A stretch of DNA of 63,577 bases, filler included, from Dimorphilus gyrociliatus (Eukaryota > Animalia > Annelida), in assembly GCA_904063045.1 (NCBI GenBank). It is 4 parts of 4 records of this genome, joined end to end, with 100 filler letters (N's around TTAATTAATTAA, not from the genome) between each part and the next. Parts side by side here need not be neighbours in the genome. Positions count along the whole stretch, not along the records: positions 60,397 to 63,577 come from CAJFCJ010000204.1; 3 more parts are not named here. One strand, 5' to 3'. Under the pieces are notes generated by a model. The model was not told where the DNA came from and ran no database searches. It worked only from the letters and a program-made list of their open reading frames with translations. Both the position numbers and the translations under genes were made by a program. Positions 61,469-63,577 of the stretch are shown here, piece by piece. Each line of letters opens with the position of its first letter. Positions within the stretch are counted from its first letter, which is position 1.

Positions 61469-63100
61469 ATGATGTATCAACATCTTTTCTACATTATAGT
61501 AATTCTATTGGTTACAATAGTTGACTCATGGAAAAGTATACCATCCTTGTTACATGTAAAAACAATGAAACGAGCAAGATTTATTAGGAATTCCAATACT
61601 TTTGAAAAAACTAGAATATTACAAAACTTTACAAGCAATATTAACATTTCATTTCATCCAAAAAATCACAAATGCTCAAATGAATATTGCTATGGATTCA
61701 TACAGATTTCACAAAAGAATCTTTGTTATGATAATAGATTTCCTAGGCAATCAAAAGGAAATATTCATAGTAGAAAATTATGTAAATTAATGGGTTATGA
61801 CTCATTTTTAACTATGTATTTGACATGTTGGTTTTTTTAGAAAAGATAGCTTGAGCACTACTATAAATAATCAAATGATACATTTTTCATTATCCTCAGC
61901 ACCAATGGAGAGAAATTTTAAATGTCACATATCATTGAGATGTACACAAGAATGCAGCTTTGTCAATTCATTAAAAAATGATCTTTTAATGACAGTTTAC
62001 TGTTTGAAAAAGGATATTAATGCATGTAAAATATAATAAAACGTCTTTCTGTATCTCTCCTTCTGTTTGATTGTCTGAAAATATATTTCTAGATTTCTAC
62101 GCCATTGAAAAAAGAAAATTGAAAAGATATTCATGGAGATACAGAAGATTTTCAAAATCTAAACCATTGTTACAATTGCAAAATGGTGTTTACGCAAGAA
62201 TTCAAAATGAATCATACAGATTATGTAGTGATGATTTGGAAATTATTCAAAAAAATTTCTGTTCAAATATTTATATACTAAATGAAAAATATTTTTCATT
62301 TAAACCAATAAAACACAATAAGAAATTTATTGCATTTTTAAAAATTAATCAAAAAATTCAAATTAGAAAAAGAGAAAATTGGATGAAATGTAAAATAGAT
62401 TGTACAAAAGAATTGAAATATTTTGGATATTATCATAATAAATTATTACCTTTGTCATTTTTCTTTTTTAAAACATTGAAAAAATACAATGATTATGAAA
62501 TTTTTTGCAAAAGATTTGGCCATTTTTATTTACCATATACAGTTAAAAAGTTAAAATTCTGTAAATATGCTATACTTTTCAATGTTTCAAAATCAATATC
62601 ATTTCAATTTTTTCATTCTAGTTCATACTTTTAAAAAATACTATTTAGATGTTTGTAAAACATTTCAGCAAATACCAGATAATGATTTTAATATTGATTT
62701 TTATTATAAGAATAATTTTCCATTTCTTATTCAAAAGTTTCCACATATCTTCTTATTGCCACACGAATGTTTACCAAATCAAATTAGTTATAGATTCTGT
62801 TCAAAAGAACCTAAATTTAGTTTCTATTTTATAAAATGTAAAAAAATCGATAAAAATAATACATATCCTTCAATTAAAATTCAATTTAATGATCAGTTAG
62901 GAGAGTTTTTCAAATATTTAAATAGAAAAAGTATAAATAAAATTTTTGAATTTTAAATCTTTTGAAACTATTTTTTTAAGATTTTATATTTAGATTGCGA
63001 AATGCCAAAACAACTGTGAATGATAAAAGCATCAATGGTGTTTTAGAAATTTTTCATAGAGGATTTTGGTGGTTAGTTTCATCTCAAAATTTTGGAAAAT
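61469..63100 (+). CDS. N-terminal fragments of a possible third secreted/receptor gene of the degenerate-SRCR type (multi-exon or pseudogene)
   Basis: Signal-like MMYQHLFYIIVILLVTIVDS; LCKLMGY and FCKRFG motifs resemble the N-termini of the two GRL101-like genes; several broken frames. Confidence 0.35.
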
Positions 63101-63577
63101 TAGCTGCAAATGTGAGTTTAAAAGAGTCTTTTTTCTAAGATCGAGTGTTTTTTTCGGCCTCTTTTTTAGCTATTTTGCAAAGAATTTGGCTATAAAAGTG
63201 GAGAAATTATAAATAAATATTTAAATATTGAAAAAATTAGAAGAGTTTTATTAGTAATTCTATGTTCAAGCAATACAACAAAATTATCAGATTGTCAACC
63301 TTATAAAGTGTATAATCTGGGATTAAGAGCGCTAAGATATGCAGAAGTAAACTTGATGTGTTTAAATGAAAAAAGATTAGGTACAAAGATAAGAAACAAA
63401 AAGTTTTAATTTTTTAATTCACCTTTTTTTTTAAAATTTACATTTTTTCTTTTCTCTTCCCCAACCCCAGATTGTACTCAGAGTAGTGAGTCAATGTCAG
63501 AATTTTCAGTACACAATGTGTGCTATTATGTATTTAAAAATAAGTTTATTTACAATGTTGATGAAAGGATGAATTTT

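Noticed and set aside
1-63577. tRNA, rRNA, CRISPR arrays or prokaryotic defence operons
   Set aside because: No cloverleaf, rRNA-like GC-rich tract, repeat-spacer array or operon structure was seen by eye; a tRNAscan/Infernal run would be needed to exclude small RNAs.

Overview
AT-rich eukaryotic DNA made of four contigs joined by artificial 100-bp spacers (N-run/TTAATTAATTAA/N-run at 25021-25120, 42925-43024, 60297-60396), so adjacency across spacers is not evidence of linkage. Contigs A (1-25020), B (25121-42924) and D (60397-63577) look like a compact-genome invertebrate with many short GT-AG introns. The gene repertoire resembles a lophotrochozoan such as the annelid Dimorphilus (inference only). 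They carry a hillarin/KY-like pseudo-transglutaminase with a dynein-stalk-like C-terminus, a DEG/ENaC channel, a tandem F-type lectin, two GRL101-like LDLa-LRR-7TM receptor genes plus a possible third N-terminal fragment, three intronless ribonuclease-inhibitor-type LRR ORFs with decayed relatives, two head-to-head LamG-like paralogues, a CUB fragment and an intronless FCY1/bacterial-type cytosine deaminase, a candidate horizontal acquisition because animals normally lack this enzyme. Contig C (43025-60296) is different: intronless, transposon-dense (two Ginger-like integrase elements with TGTTG termini, Merlin/IS1016, two IR/DR Tc1 elements, nested insertions), with a decayed RNA Pol III RPC2, a frameshifted CDC20-like gene and an effector-like ORF. 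It most resembles a microsporidian genome co-assembled with the host. Exon boundaries were read by eye and gene spans are approximate. No database search was run.
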